A stretch of 64,000 nt of DNA from Candidatus Hydrogenedentota bacterium (GTDB lineage: Bacteria; Hydrogenedentota; Hydrogenedentia; Hydrogenedentales; SLHB01): the NCBI GenBank assembly GCA_963668025.2, contig CAXXTH010000018.1:384001-448000 (forward strand), in the 5' to 3' direction. Positions 31,501-41,463 of the stretch are shown in pieces. Position numbers and translations under genes: made by a program. The stretch's first letter is position 1. Every line of letters starts with the position of its first letter. Under the pieces are notes generated by a model, which saw only the letters and a list, made by a program, of their open reading frames with translations, was not told where the DNA came from and ran no database searches.

Positions 31501-34500
31501 TATTCGCCAAAACTGATATATCCATTGCTGCCTACATAAAAGGAAGAATAGGCGGTTCCGTAGAGTTGGACTTGTTTTCCGTCGGTGAGAGACACCTGGG
31601 TTGCGGAATCATCGTCTAGAAACAACCGGGTGTCCGAAACGGGATCATCTGGGAAAACGTCCGCGGGAAAGCTCTCAAGGGAGTAGTAACTAATCGAGCC
31701 ATTTGGCGTAAAGCGAAGCGCATGGTTCGCCAAATCGTTGTCTTCCGCGTCAAAAACCTCCGTGTAGTAATCAGGGCGTTCCAAGGTAGTAAAAGTATAG
31801 CCTGCGCCATTATTGTCATCCGTGGATGCATTTCCCGCACGGTCCGTGGATTCCACGGTGAAATAATACGGTGTTAATGGTTCAAGGTTGCTTAACGTCG
31901 TGCTATGGGTGTCACTCGATAAACTTATCGGCTTTGACTGATGGAGCGCATCCATGGCAAGGCCGTAGTGAATTACCGCCGTCACAGGCTCATTCGCATT
32001 GAAAGAAATCTTTGCACGCAGCGAAGCAATTTCACTCACCTGCACATTAGAAAGTGTGGCGGGCACACAATCAACCGTGGCTGTCGCCTGGACGGAGGCG
32101 GCTGAGCCATCGCCCGTGTCCTCATCCTCGTAAGTGGCGGTTATCGTATCGCCATCGGCCACCTGGAGCATGCCATCCTGCGCTTGCGGCACATCGGAAG
32201 ACGTGTTCAATTCATAAAAAAGAATACCCGTATCCGTACCCGACTCCACACAGGTGGCCGCCTCGGAATCGCCGGAAGAGCTCACCACTCTCGCTTGCTG
32301 CGTGCCCGCGCCGCGCAAATCGCTATCGCTCACCGAAACGCTCAAAGAGCCTGAACAAGATACATAAGAAGGTAATATATTGATACTGCCTTTGGAGGAT
32401 TGTACATTATTGTTCCAGACAAACAGGGCGAAATCTTGGTCTAGCGCTTCGCCCTCATTTGGAACGCCATCCCCAGCGATATTATGGGCCGTAACGGTGA
32501 TAGTATAAATTCCAGATGGATTCGGCACATAAACCGCCTCAATAGTATTCAGCCGGTCCGCCGCCCCACCCGTTGCGGACAGGCCGCTCTCGAAATGATT
32601 GCCAAGATACGTGGTGGAATCCTGGGTGACGGTCAAATCGAGGTCATTGACAATAGCGGGATTCGCAAGAGGCGACGCCGGGGCGTCTGTCCATACAAGC
32701 GTAATTTTCAATGGTTTCGAGGAATCGGCGGCGGACACGGTCTGCGACCAGGATTGCCCCGAGGCCGTGAACACCTCCGTCTGGTCCAAGGTGAAAAGCG
32801 ATTCCTTCATCTCGACCAAGTTGGACAGATTCACGCTGCCCCAGCCTTGCTGCGCATTCGGAATGCTTGCCAGCGTGCCGGAAGCGCCATCGCTTCCGCC
32901 TTTCATGTCCTGGGCTGTATTAGCGAGAGCCGCCTTGATCATCGCCGGGCTTGGGCTGGCCGTATGGCCTAATGGAGCCAATTGCGTCGAGAAAAATTCA
33001 TGTACGATAAGCCCCGCGCCGCAGGCCGTGGGACACGAATGGCTCGTGCCCGACGACCGGGCGTACATGGTTTGATCGGCAGGCCAATATTTGTCGGATA
33101 CGCCGTCGCCAGCGTAATTGGGAGATGTGGACGCAGGCCCAGAGACGTGGGTGCCCACCGCTACGACTGTCACGCCCAAACGGCCGTCTTCCGCCGGGCC
33201 GCGGCTCGAAAAATAGATCAAATCCTTAATATTGTCCGCGCCTGAAGGGCCGATGCCTGACTGATCCGTATTGGTTGAGGCATCCGTATACGTGAGCCCG
33301 TCACTGTTCTCGCCCGCACCCACGGCGATCACGTTCTTGGCCGAAGCAGGCGAACCCAGCGTGCCGCTGTTTGAACCGGAATTTCCCGCCGAGAAGAAAT
33401 AGGTCATTTGCTGGTTGCCCGCTTCCGAGGAATCGGCATCGCGCGTAAGGGCGTCGAACTCCGCTGAATCAGAGGTATATTGGCCACTCACGGAAGCGCC
33501 CCACGAATTACTCGAGAAAATGGCTCCGGCGTCTTGGGCGTGCTTGGCAAGCTGGGCTGTCGACTCATCACCCGTATCCCATGAACCCGCATTAGTAAAA
33601 AGTTTCGTGGCGAACACGGAGGCCAGCGGGGCCAAGCCTTGGCCAAAATGATACCCATCCAGATCGGTTAAGCCAGCCGTGGCGTTGCCTATGATGATGC
33701 CCGCATTGATCTGGCCATGGCCTGCCGTGGAATCGCCCAAGGCGTCGCTGGTCGCGTTATAAATGCCCGCGATGCGCCCGAGGATATCCGGGTGGGCCGT
33801 ACCGGGTTCATTGGTGGCGATGCCTTGATCCAATCCGTCATCTTGCACCTGGACGATGACGCCCGGCGCGCCGCTCAGGCCATGGCTCGCCAGCCAAGCC
33901 GTATATCCTGGCCCCGTGGGCGCCGCCGCGCCTTCTATATAATTTCCCGCCGCTGTTTGTGCGGCGCGTTCGCCATGGAGCTGGAATTTCGACTGTTTCT
34001 CGATATAGAACACGCCCGGCAGCGTGGCGATCTCCTCGAGCGCCGCCAATGGAAGCTCCGCCCGTGTTTCATACCATCCGATGGTGGAGAGGCGCGTGGA
34101 CGTCAGCGTGTACCCTTTCGCACGGATATATTTCTGCGCCGATTCATCCGTGTCGAGGATGGTCACCGCCACCATAGCCTTCGCCAGGGTAAGCTTGCCC
34201 AGTTCAGGCCGGATTTTCATCGATGCGGGCAATTCGCCCACCCACGCCACGCCCGGCGACGCTTTTATAGCATCCATCCTTTTAGTTGGGATTGTGGCAA
34301 TATAAGCGAAATCCGGCACATAATGATGCAACGCCACACCCGCCGAGCGGCACGCATTCACCCATTCCGGCTGGATAGGGCCTTCGAATTGAATGAGAAG
34401 CGTGGAAGCCACATCCGCTTTGGTTGCGGATTGGGTGGCGGCTGGCGCGGACGATGTGTCAATCGTGCCACTCATCAAGCGGATTTCACCGCCCCAAGCG

Positions 34501-34583
34501 CTGCTCCCCCATGCCAATGCCATCACTAAACACGCGGCAAATAAAGCTTCTGCGCGTGACTTGCGTACATTTCGACGTAACAT
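28593..34583 (-). CDS. Large secreted S8 subtilase with Fn3/BACON-like domains and a C-terminal anchor
   Basis: VQDDGLD (Asp), GHGQ (His), SAGNSG, FSSRGP, SGTSHSCP (Ser), LVWTDAP..NDLDL; ends PVLPL-hydrophobic-KKK. Confidence 0.9.
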   Translation of the reverse strand: MLRRNVRKSRAEALFAACLVMALAWGSSAWGGEIRLMSGTIDTSSAPAATQSATKADVASTLLIQFEGPIQPEWVNACRSAGVALHHYVPDFAYIATIPTKRMDAIKASPGVAWVGELPASMKIRPELGKLTLAKAMVAVTILDTDESAQKYIRAKGYTLTSTRLSTIGWYETRAELPLAALEEIATLPGVFYIEKQSKFQLHGERAAQTAAGNYIEGAAAPTGPGYTAWLASHGLSGAPGVIVQVQDDGLDQGIATNEPGTAHPDILGRIAGIYNATSDALGDSTAGHGQINAGIIIGNATAGLTDLDGYHFGQGLAPLASVFATKLFTNAGSWDTGDESTAQLAKHAQDAGAIFSSNSWGASVSGQYTSDSAEFDALTRDADSSEAGNQQMTYFFSAGNSGSNSGTLGSPASAKNVIAVGAGENSDGLTYTDASTNTDQSGIGPSGADNIKDLIYFSSRGPAEDGRLGVTVVAVGTHVSGPASTSPNYAGDGVSDKYWPADQTMYARSSGTSHSCPTACGAGLIVHEFFSTQLAPLGHTASPSPAMIKAALANTAQDMKGGSDGASGTLASIPNAQQGWGSVNLSNLVEMKESLFTLDQTEVFTASGQSWSQTVSAADSSKPLKITLVWTDAPASPLANPAIVNDLDLTVTQDSTTYLGNHFESGLSATGGAADRLNTIEAVYVPNPSGIYTITVTAHNIAGDGVPNEGEALDQDFALFVWNNNVQSSKGSINILPSYVSCSGSLSVSVSDSDLRGAGTQQARVVSSSGDSEAATCVESGTDTGILFYELNTSSDVPQAQDGMLQVADGDTITATYEDEDTGDGSAASVQATATVDCVPATLSNVQVSEIASLRAKISFNANEPVTAVIHYGLAMDALHQSKPISLSSDTHSTTLSNLEPLTPYYFTVESTDRAGNASTDDNNGAGYTFTTLERPDYYTEVFDAEDNDLANHALRFTPNGSISYYSLESFPADVFPDDPVSDTRLFLDDDSATQVSLTDGKQVQLYGTAYSSFYVGSNGYISFGEYDERNTATTQHHFSLPRISALMNDLDPETSGVVSWRQWSDHVSVAWQAVPIYDMDNENNFQIQMYFDGTIRITYLRMDASEGLAGLSQGQGLPEDYIESDLTAFEIIDDLEVTPETGFLPEGVIGGPFSPSIITYTLHNGGSTSLNWTVECSQSWLALSSPGGSLAPDESVTVDVSLAAEVDALAVGVYTDLVTFTNTATSVTRNRSVRLAVNAPPPIIRVEAPNSLNITLKEGEQTTLDPGLRIYNDGVADLSYLIRVENSDTSISTEEERAVRFARVQQAVESMRTRSGIGYGPFSLGSNRIIKQLYSESSSPVAYDSPDDIASVLTAGEAGVTPLSGAYDVAVCGADSSEYLSDVRSKLISTGRFTSVTVIDLHAVTPKLEELRAFSAVLVFSNDSYADAATLGDVMADYVDEGGGVVGCVFEICGDILDLSGYVMGGRWATSDYVLMDRNDVAWYEEESLGVVEEPTHSIMSGVTEFSGGDLSFHPGANTAYPGVDIVARWTDGRILVAASENNGVRRADLGFFPVSDTVWLGLLWDSTTDGAALMANALDYVSGSGASWLTFESPARGTVVSGTEPNEKWLKFDATGLELGVYTVDLVIRSNDLTQPEITLPCTLSVVSEDLMLEPGVAPPITGPVYGPFTPSSVAFTLSNPGASAFEWSAASSDTWLDAAPSGGSIAAGESVVITVSPNAAADALSSGSYAATVLFTNTTAGLSVSRTIHLEVEPQVAYFVTLDSQPSTWTANGQWQYGAPLGGGGAYYGGPDPTSGKTGATVYGVNLSGDYDIMPGGPYYLVAGPFDCTYYTQTQLAFARWLNTDHPNYVPCTVEVSSDNANWTTIWASEEVITDRAWTDVQYDISAVADRQAQVYVRWGYTVFGNADENDFALQYSGWNIDDVKVLGDPDNIDSDNDGVPDRIEVQLGSDPYDPNDVPVLPLEWDALLAAFLLAGAVFMIAAWKKKASMVQ

Positions 34584-34780
34584 GGGCGAACCTCTCCACT
34601 CTTTCTGCGTTTATTTGTCTCCCAAAACGCCCTGAACAAGGACGCATGGCATACAAAGCAGGAAAAAACAGCACTTTCCCTCACGCTGGATTATACCATG
34701 TACAGAATAGTTTTGGCTTCGACTGGAGGGAAATGACTCGCTATGCAGGAGTACTTTTAGTATATTACGTACTAATATCA

Positions 34781-34841
34781 GTCAAAACATTATTTTATTG
34801 CAAGGATTTTCTGTGTAAACCAATATACATTAACCGGTTAG
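34781..34841. repeat. 61-bp conserved intergenic motif, copy 2
   Basis: Matches 701-761. Confidence 0.7.
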
Positions 34842-34878
34842 GTCCTACGGATTTTGCATGGAATTCTGGTGGATTTAT

Positions 34879-36586
34879 CCGTTGAACCTAAAAAAGGCAG
34901 TAGGAACTTGCTTTGGGATTTTTCCAGCCCAATTTTGTAAAGAAATAACTGTCCTGTCCCGCTCTTTACGTTGGCGCCGGCAGCAGGTTGGGGGTGGCCA
35001 GCGGCCTTCCCTCGAGTATTTTGGCGAAGATCCGGCTGAGGATCGTCCGCCATCGTTCGTTCCAGTTCAACTGCCGCGCAGTTGCTTTCATCTCCAATAA
35101 AAAGGCGTTTACGGATTTCAGAACTTGTTCCATAGCATGTCCTTGCGCATGCACGGGGGTGATGGTGAGCGTGGTTTGGCCTCCGTGGCGGGTCTGCTGT
35201 CCCACGCCGTAGAGCAGCAGAGGGCGGCTCGTGATCGCTTCGGCGTGGCGCTCCGGAATCGCCAAGCGCACGTACAAAGACCACCAATTGTAAATCAGGG
35301 CTATGATTCGCGCCATGATTTGGCAGCGCTTCATATCGTGGGTGGTATACCCGCCCCACCCCCACTGGTTTTTCTGTTCATCGTAGATGTTTTCCGCATC
35401 GCCCCGGTCGCGATAATGCTGGGCCAAGGCCGATAGGGGGTCTGTCAGCGAAGTGGCCAGCAGCGCGTATTCATACTGCTGCACGGCTCCCGCTTGGATC
35501 TCGATGAGCTGTAGTTGGGGGGAGGGGTCAGGCAATAGCGGCTCCGTTTCCAGAACGATACTCCCTTTGAGCTTGCGCCGCAGAACGATTACCCGGCGTT
35601 TGCTCGTCCATCCCATAAGCTCCAGACGGTCTTCCAAACCTTCCCAGCCTTGGCCTGCTGGCGTCCAGTCCTTAGAACAAAAGGCCTGCTGGATAAGCCG
35701 TTTCACGTTGCTGGTCTGCCGCAATTTGAACAGATAGGGCACTCCGCGCGCTTCGGCTTCGCTCATGTCGCGTTCGTTGCCGAAGGCGCAGTCGCCGCGA
35801 ATCATGCCCGGCCAGGCCGCGCGCGGCAAGCCATCGAGAAAATGCCACAATCCAGGCATGGTGTATTTCGCCGCCGTCTCGTTGCCCGGCCGGACTTCCA
35901 CGTCCAGCACCAAGCGCGTGTTCGCCATAAAATAGGTATGCAGCACATGAGAAGGACGGCCCTGTTTCGCCGGATTGTAGCCCAGCACGGCCCCTTCTTG
36001 ATGGCCGAACAGGGGCTTCACGCTTGTATCCACGTCCAAAATCCAAGGCTCATAAAGCAACGGCTCATAACAGCGGCGCAGGTGCTTCTGTAGCCAGCCC
36101 GCGCAGGCTTCCCCGTCCGCCAGTATAAATGCCCGCCGCGACCGAGGAGGCGCTCATGATCTTGCTCATACCCAGCAAGCCCGGGTTCACCGCGTCGTAA
36201 CGGACCGCGTCAATGTGCGCATAGCGGGTGTGGCCCGCCAGCACTGATAAAAATAGCGTGCCCAGCACATCCCTCTTGCGCGGCGCATTATTGCTGGCGT
36301 ACGCCAGCGGACAGTCCTCCACCCACGCTTCAAAAAGCTCCGCCGTCTTGAGGAAATCGATAAAGAACGCCAACTGGCCAAACGGCGTCGTTGCCGCCTC
36401 CCGGTCCCATTCCACATGCACCCGGCCCCCGTAGCTATCTACGAAAATCGGCGCCTCCAAAGACAACCATTCCTCCTCTCCCAATGGGGGAGCATCTTGC
36501 TGTTGCGATTCTGTTTCCATGTTCATTATCTTGAACTACTTCCAGCTCGACACTCAAGATTCAACTGGCGTTTTTAGGTTGAACGG
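34879..36586 (-). mobile_element. IS1380-like insertion sequence, 1708 bp
   Basis: 23-bp terminal inverted repeats CCGTTGAACCTAAAAAAGGCAGT / CCGTTCAACCTAAAAACGCCAGT flank a DDE transposase. No target duplication seen. Confidence 0.85.
34966..36526 (-). pseudogene. DDE transposase split by a +1 frameshift near 36140
   Basis: ILDVDTSVK..FGHQEGA..GYNP, IRGDCAF, YRDRGDAENIYDEQK. Removing one base restores SSVRRAF...WLQKHL...LLYEPW. Confidence 0.8.
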
Positions 36587-36690
36587 TGGGGCAAGCCCCA
36601 CCCTACTTCTCGAAATTTTAGTGTATTTAGTGTATTTAGTGGTCTCGAAATCCGGTTCTTTGGTTGCAGCCATGCCGCGTTGCGAATTTC
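36585..36690. repeat. REP-like palindrome, 9-bp tandem repeats and the shared AAATCCGG motif
   Basis: ggtggggcaagccccaccctac; about 3 copies of (atttagtgt); aaatccggttctttggttgcagccatgccgcgtt. Confidence 0.65.
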
Positions 36691-36911
36691 GTGGCCAGAA
36701 TAGGCTTCCCGTTATTCCGCGTCATCGGAATCATGGGGGCGCATGGAGCAGCCTTCCGAACGGAGGCAATGGCCGCATTCATGGCGGGGCAGATCACAGG
36801 AATCAGGGTTTGCCGTTCTGGAGCGCCTTGCAAGGCGCTCCACAAGCACCCATCCGCATGCCAGGAAGAATATCACTCCCGACACGGATAGAATAGTCAA
36901 CAGTAAAGCCA

Positions 36912-37490
36912 TCAATTTCCTATGCCGGCGAAACCCATGAACGCCAGTGACAAGATGCCCGCGATCATGAGCGACAAAGCCGTGCCTTTGACTAAACCGG
37001 GCAGATCAGCGAGATTCAACGCCTCGCGGATGCCCGACATAATCGTGAGCGCCAAGGTGAATCCCGCGCCCACACCGAACGAATACACCAAGCATTCGAC
37101 GAAATTATATCCCTTCTGGGTTTGAAAAAGCGCTAAGCCCAGGATAGCGCAATTGGTAGTGATCAGCGGCAGGAAGATGCCCAGCGCTCGGAACAAGGCT
37201 GGGCTAAACCGCTTGATGAACATCTCAACGAGCTGCACGGCGGACGCAATGACGGTGATGTAGCATATAAGCTGCAAATAATCGGCATTGAAATAGTGGA
37301 GCACCACATTGATGCCATAGGCGCACATCGAGCTGACGAGGCAAACAAAGGTGACGGAAAGCCCCATGCGGGTGGCCGTCTCGATCTTGCCGGAAACGCC
37401 TAAAAATGGGCAGATACCCAGAAACATGCTCAATACGAAATTATCCACTAAGCATGCTTTCAAGAAAATCGTGGGCAGCGATTGTTCCAT
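36912..37490 (-). CDS. rnfA: Rnf electron transport complex subunit A
   Basis: FLGICPFLGVS, LGIFLPLITTNCAILG. Confidence 0.95.
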   Translation of the reverse strand: MEQSLPTIFLKACLVDNFVLSMFLGICPFLGVSGKIETATRMGLSVTFVCLVSSMCAYGINVVLHYFNADYLQLICYITVIASAVQLVEMFIKRFSPALFRALGIFLPLITTNCAILGLALFQTQKGYNFVECLVYSFGVGAGFTLALTIMSGIREALNLADLPGLVKGTALSLMIAGILSLAFMGFAGIGN

Positions 37491-38140
37491 TACGCGGCCT
37501 CCCCCTGCATGGCGCGTTGTTTGGCGCGCTCTTTAAACCTAGTTTTTGCTCTATTGATAATCAGCAGCCAGCACGCCAAGGTGAGGAATCCGCCCGGCGG
37601 CAGCACAAAGATGGACCATGTCTCGAAATGGCTGCCCATAATCGGATAACCCAGCAATGTTCCGAAGCCGATAATCTCGCGCACGACGCCAAGGCAGCAT
37701 AACGCAAGCATGAACCCCAAGCCCATGCCCAAGGCGTCAAGGGCGGAAAGAATCACGCCATTCTTCGATGCATAAGCTTCGGCGCGGCCGAGGATAATGC
37801 AGTTCACCACAATGAGCGGAATGAACGCGCCCAGCTTCTTATATACATCCAAATCTATCGCCTGGATCAAATAATCCACCATAGTGACAAAAGTGGCGAT
37901 GATCACAATAAAGGTGGCGATACGCACTTGCTTGGGAACAAATTTGCGCGTCATGCTGACTAGAACGCATGACGCCACCAACACGAACGTGGCGGCGGCA
38001 CCCATGTACAAGGAATTCTTGAGCGTATTGGACACGGCCATGGTCGGGCACATGCCCAATACGATGACAAAGATTGGATTCTCTTTCCAAATCCCGCGCA
38101 ACAATGCTTCCATTGGCGTTTCTTGCTGTTTCTCTAGCAT
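37490..38140 (-). CDS. rnfE: Rnf subunit E
   Basis: WKENP..LGMCPTMAVS, FIPLIVVNCIILGRAE, LPPGGF. Confidence 0.95.
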   Translation of the reverse strand: MLEKQQETPMEALLRGIWKENPIFVIVLGMCPTMAVSNTLKNSLYMGAAATFVLVASCVLVSMTRKFVPKQVRIATFIVIIATFVTMVDYLIQAIDLDVYKKLGAFIPLIVVNCIILGRAEAYASKNGVILSALDALGMGLGFMLALCCLGVVREIIGFGTLLGYPIMGSHFETWSIFVLPPGGFLTLACWLLIINRAKTRFKERAKQRAMQGEAA

Positions 38141-38832
38141 CAATTCGCCCTCTTCAACTGATCCAAGTGTTTCTTGATCTTCGGAGCCATATCCGTGCAA
38201 TTGGTGTTCAATGCATCTGTCACCGCACGGGAAGATACAGTAGCCCCCGATATGCCATCTATTTCCCAGGGCTTAGTCTTCGTGCCATTTTTCACCAGTA
38301 CTATTGGATTGGCAAGACCATCTTGCTCCGCGTTCACATGCATGTCCAGCGCCTTAAAATTCTCCAAGAATTGCGGATCGGAATTGATGCGGTCGCCCAA
38401 GCCAGGCGTCTCCAAGCTTTGCAATACTGTAAACCCCACCACGGCATCCTTATCCGGGGCATATCCGCACATGACTCGCACTTGTCCAGAATATCCCCGC
38501 ATGGAAGACGCTTCAAACGCCACGCCCAACAGATTCCCTTGAGCATCATATCCCGCATACACCACGGTGGCCTGCGGCGAGGGGTTGCTCCCCACCTTGC
38601 GGAATCCACTTCCGTCCCACTCGAACGCCTCTTGGGAGGCGATACCGGGCAGCACTTGAAATACGGCCTTTTCCTTGGCTTCTCTCTGATTCATTTCAAT
38701 CCGCGCCTTGGTCGCACCGACCGTGAGCACGATCAATATGCCCGAGATAATGGACACGCCCGCCAAGGTCGCGATCATGTGGAGGCTGCTCGCCTCTTCT
38801 TTAGCCGGATGATTGTTTTCTGGCTTGCTCAT
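38140..38832 (-). CDS. rnfG: Rnf subunit G (FMN-binding)
   Basis: GYSG, ETPGLG, DGISGATVSS (FMN-Thr). Confidence 0.93.
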   Translation of the reverse strand: MSKPENNHPAKEEASSLHMIATLAGVSIISGILIVLTVGATKARIEMNQREAKEKAVFQVLPGIASQEAFEWDGSGFRKVGSNPSPQATVVYAGYDAQGNLLGVAFEASSMRGYSGQVRVMCGYAPDKDAVVGFTVLQSLETPGLGDRINSDPQFLENFKALDMHVNAEQDGLANPIVLVKNGTKTKPWEIDGISGATVSSRAVTDALNTNCTDMAPKIKKHLDQLKRAN

Positions 38833-39908
38833 GCTTTCTTTTCCGCTTTCTTCGCGCCATAAATTTTCGGCTGCGTGAACATATTAAAGAAGGGCGTAAT
38901 GGCGTTTGCCAAGAGGATGGCGTACATGACGCCTTCCGGCAAGCCGCCAAAAAGCCGGATAATGACTGTCATACATCCCGCGAACGCGCCAAACGCCCAC
39001 ATACCGAGCGGCGTCGTCGGCGAGGTCACCATGTCCGTAGCCATGAAGACCGCACCCAGCACAAGGCCGCCCGAAAATAACATGAAGGTAGGCGACGGGT
39101 ATTGGCTGCTATCAATCAGCCAAAACAAGCCGCTTAACAGAAAGACGCTGCCGAGCATGGCCGTGGGAGTGCGCCAGTCCATCATCTTGCGCGCCACAAG
39201 ATACGCTCCGCACAGCAAGATAATCAGCGCACAGGTCTCGCCAGCGGAACCGGCGATATCGCCTAGGAAGAGTTGCCGGCCTTGAATGGCTTTATACGCG
39301 GGGGAGCCGAAATCGAATTTCATGATCGCTAGAGGCGTAGCGCCGGTCCATCCATCAATGCCTGCATTGGCCGAATAGGCCTTGACCGCATCCCATGCCG
39401 GTTTGAGAAAAGGCCATGTCAGCGTCGAGGGAATGCAACTGGTAAAACGTCCGGGAACGAACGCAGGGGTCCAGGTGGTGATGGCCACGGGAAACGCCGC
39501 CTGTAAGAAGGCCCTGCCCACGAGCGCGGGATTGAAGATATTGTGCCCCAGCCCGCCGAAGATGGCTTTGCCCAATAGCATCGCCGCCACTCCGCCAGCC
39601 GCGCCCATCCACATGGGGAAACAGGGAGGCAAGGTCAAGCCGAGAAGTATGCCGGTAATCACCGCGCTCCAATCGCGTACGGAATTGGCGCGGCCAGAAA
39701 ACCTGCACACCACATATTCGGTGAGAACACAGGCCGCGGTGGTCGCGAAAATAAGCAGCAGCGCGCTCATGCCGAAAGCATAAAAGGAAAATGCGCATAC
39801 CGGCAACAGCGCCAGCACCACGTTGCGCATGATCACTTCCGTGGTGACCGCGCTTCGTATATGGGGCGAGGTTCTGAGCTCGACCGCCGGATACTCGAGT
39901 ACCGCCAC
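38829..39908 (-). CDS. rnfD: Rnf subunit D
   Basis: SPHI, FGGLGHNIFNPALVGR, TGATPL, FMATDMVTSP, PEGVMYAIL. Confidence 0.95.
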   Translation of the reverse strand: MAVLEYPAVELRTSPHIRSAVTTEVIMRNVVLALLPVCAFSFYAFGMSALLLIFATTAACVLTEYVVCRFSGRANSVRDWSAVITGILLGLTLPPCFPMWMGAAGGVAAMLLGKAIFGGLGHNIFNPALVGRAFLQAAFPVAITTWTPAFVPGRFTSCIPSTLTWPFLKPAWDAVKAYSANAGIDGWTGATPLAIMKFDFGSPAYKAIQGRQLFLGDIAGSAGETCALIILLCGAYLVARKMMDWRTPTAMLGSVFLLSGLFWLIDSSQYPSPTFMLFSGGLVLGAVFMATDMVTSPTTPLGMWAFGAFAGCMTVIIRLFGGLPEGVMYAILLANAITPFFNMFTQPKIYGAKKAEKKA

Positions 39909-39970
39909 TTGCTTAGCTCCTTGAAATCGTTACATCGGTTATAACGCACGGATGGCTCCGCGCGGATTTT

Positions 39971-41344
39971 CTACTTCTTTACCGCCCGGCGCTTGCGCAC
40001 CACCGCCTTGGCGATGCGGAAATGCTGTACGAGCGGAATGTTCGACGGGCAAATGAATGAACAGCATCCGCACTCGAAGCAGTCAAGCAGATGATACTGG
40101 TCCGCCATGATTTCATATTGGCTTTTACGCGCAAGGAGGCCCAATTGGGAGGGATTCAGCCGCATGGGGCATGCATCCACACACGACGCGCATTTGATGC
40201 AGGGGTATTGATGGATGCCATCCATCCGGCTCAAGTCCGCACCGCCCAGGCCGGAACGCCCCAGCACAAGCACGCCGGTAATCCCCTTCGTGATGGGTAT
40301 ATCTGGCGAACCGATGGACGCGCCCATCATGGGGCCGCCCAGTATGATTTCGGATTGTTCATCGCCCTCGTATTCGCAAAAATCGAGCACAAACCGCAAG
40401 GGCGTACCGAGTGGGATCATAAAATTGCCCGGCTTGCCGACACCTGGGCCCGTCACGGTCACGACGCGTTCGATAAGGCCTTGGCCCTTAGGCAGCAGCT
40501 CACCGAGCTGCGCCAGCGTGGCGACATTGAACACCGCCGCCCCGCAATCCACCGGCAGCCCGCCCGATGGCACTTCGCGCCCGAGCAGGGCTTTGATAAG
40601 CATTTTCTCCGCGCCCTGGGGATATTTGGTCTCGCAGGCCTCGACGCGGAACGGCTTGCCCGCAGGCAAATGCGCACGCAGGGCTTCGATAGCATCTAGC
40701 TTGTTCGACTCGACGCCCACGACGCCTTGGGACGCGCCCAATGCCTGAACGACGATATCGAGGCCTTTGAACACATCCGCTGGATATTCGAGCATGACCC
40801 GGTGGTCCGTGGTGAGATACGGCTCGCATTCGCAGCCATTGACCACCACGGCATCAACGGATTTACCTTCGGGAACCGCCAATTTCACATGGGATGGAAA
40901 CGCCGCACCGCCAAGGCCCACGACGCCTGTTGCTTGCACGGCGCGGATCAGTTCATCTTTGGAAAGCGATTGGATATCCACCTCGCGCCCATAAAGCACT
41001 TCCTGGCTGGACGCGGGATATGGCCGGATAAAAATGGCTGGAGACATGCCGCCGCGCATGTCACGCGCGAGCGCGATGCGCGAGACTACCCCCGTAGCCG
41101 GCGCATGCATGGGAACGGACACGAAGCCGCCCGCTTCAGCGATAGGTTCACCGCGCACGACTTCCTGTCCCGCGCGGACAATCGCTTTCGCTGGCGCACC
41201 CGTATGCTGCGACAAGGGGACGATCATCTCCGGAGGAAACGGCAGGCGGCGGATCGATTTGCCTTCCGTAAGTTCCTTATACTCCGGCGGATGCACCCCG
41301 TGTGGGAAAGTCTTCAACGAACGCCATGAGGACAGCAGAGTCAT
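39971..41344 (-). CDS. rnfC: Rnf subunit C
   Basis: QHTGAP, GLGGAAFP, NGCECEPYLT, KYPQGAEK, GGPMMG, two CxxCxxCxxxCP motifs. Confidence 0.95.
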   Translation of the reverse strand: MTLLSSWRSLKTFPHGVHPPEYKELTEGKSIRRLPFPPEMIVPLSQHTGAPAKAIVRAGQEVVRGEPIAEAGGFVSVPMHAPATGVVSRIALARDMRGGMSPAIFIRPYPASSQEVLYGREVDIQSLSKDELIRAVQATGVVGLGGAAFPSHVKLAVPEGKSVDAVVVNGCECEPYLTTDHRVMLEYPADVFKGLDIVVQALGASQGVVGVESNKLDAIEALRAHLPAGKPFRVEACETKYPQGAEKMLIKALLGREVPSGGLPVDCGAAVFNVATLAQLGELLPKGQGLIERVVTVTGPGVGKPGNFMIPLGTPLRFVLDFCEYEGDEQSEIILGGPMMGASIGSPDIPITKGITGVLVLGRSGLGGADLSRMDGIHQYPCIKCASCVDACPMRLNPSQLGLLARKSQYEIMADQYHLLDCFECGCCSFICPSNIPLVQHFRIAKAVVRKRRAVKK

Positions 41345-41378
41345 ATTAGCCTCTTCATGTATCAGTAAAACTTAACGC

Positions 41379-41413
41379 GCCATAGAGGCCGCCCACTCCG
41401 CGGCCTCTATGGC
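41379..41413 (-). other. Intra-operon 14-bp stem-loop between PFOR and rnfC
   Basis: gccatagaggccgc-N7-gcggcctctatggc, with no U-tract. Confidence 0.6.
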
Positions 41414-41463
41414 TGTACCTTCAAATGTGGTCTGCTCTCAAACGGAATCGCCGTTTGTGCGTG

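Noticed and set aside
36065-36160. Programmed frameshift in the transposase
   Set aside because: No slippery heptamer is present, and IS1380 normally has a single ORF.
36815-36845. Palindrome tggagcgccttgcaaggcgctcca as an ncRNA or riboswitch
   Set aside because: A single hairpin downstream of rnfA, more simply a REP-like or terminator structure.
36912-41344. Nqr rather than Rnf
   Set aside because: RnfC with 4Fe-4S motifs and RnfB are present; there is no NqrF or NqrA.
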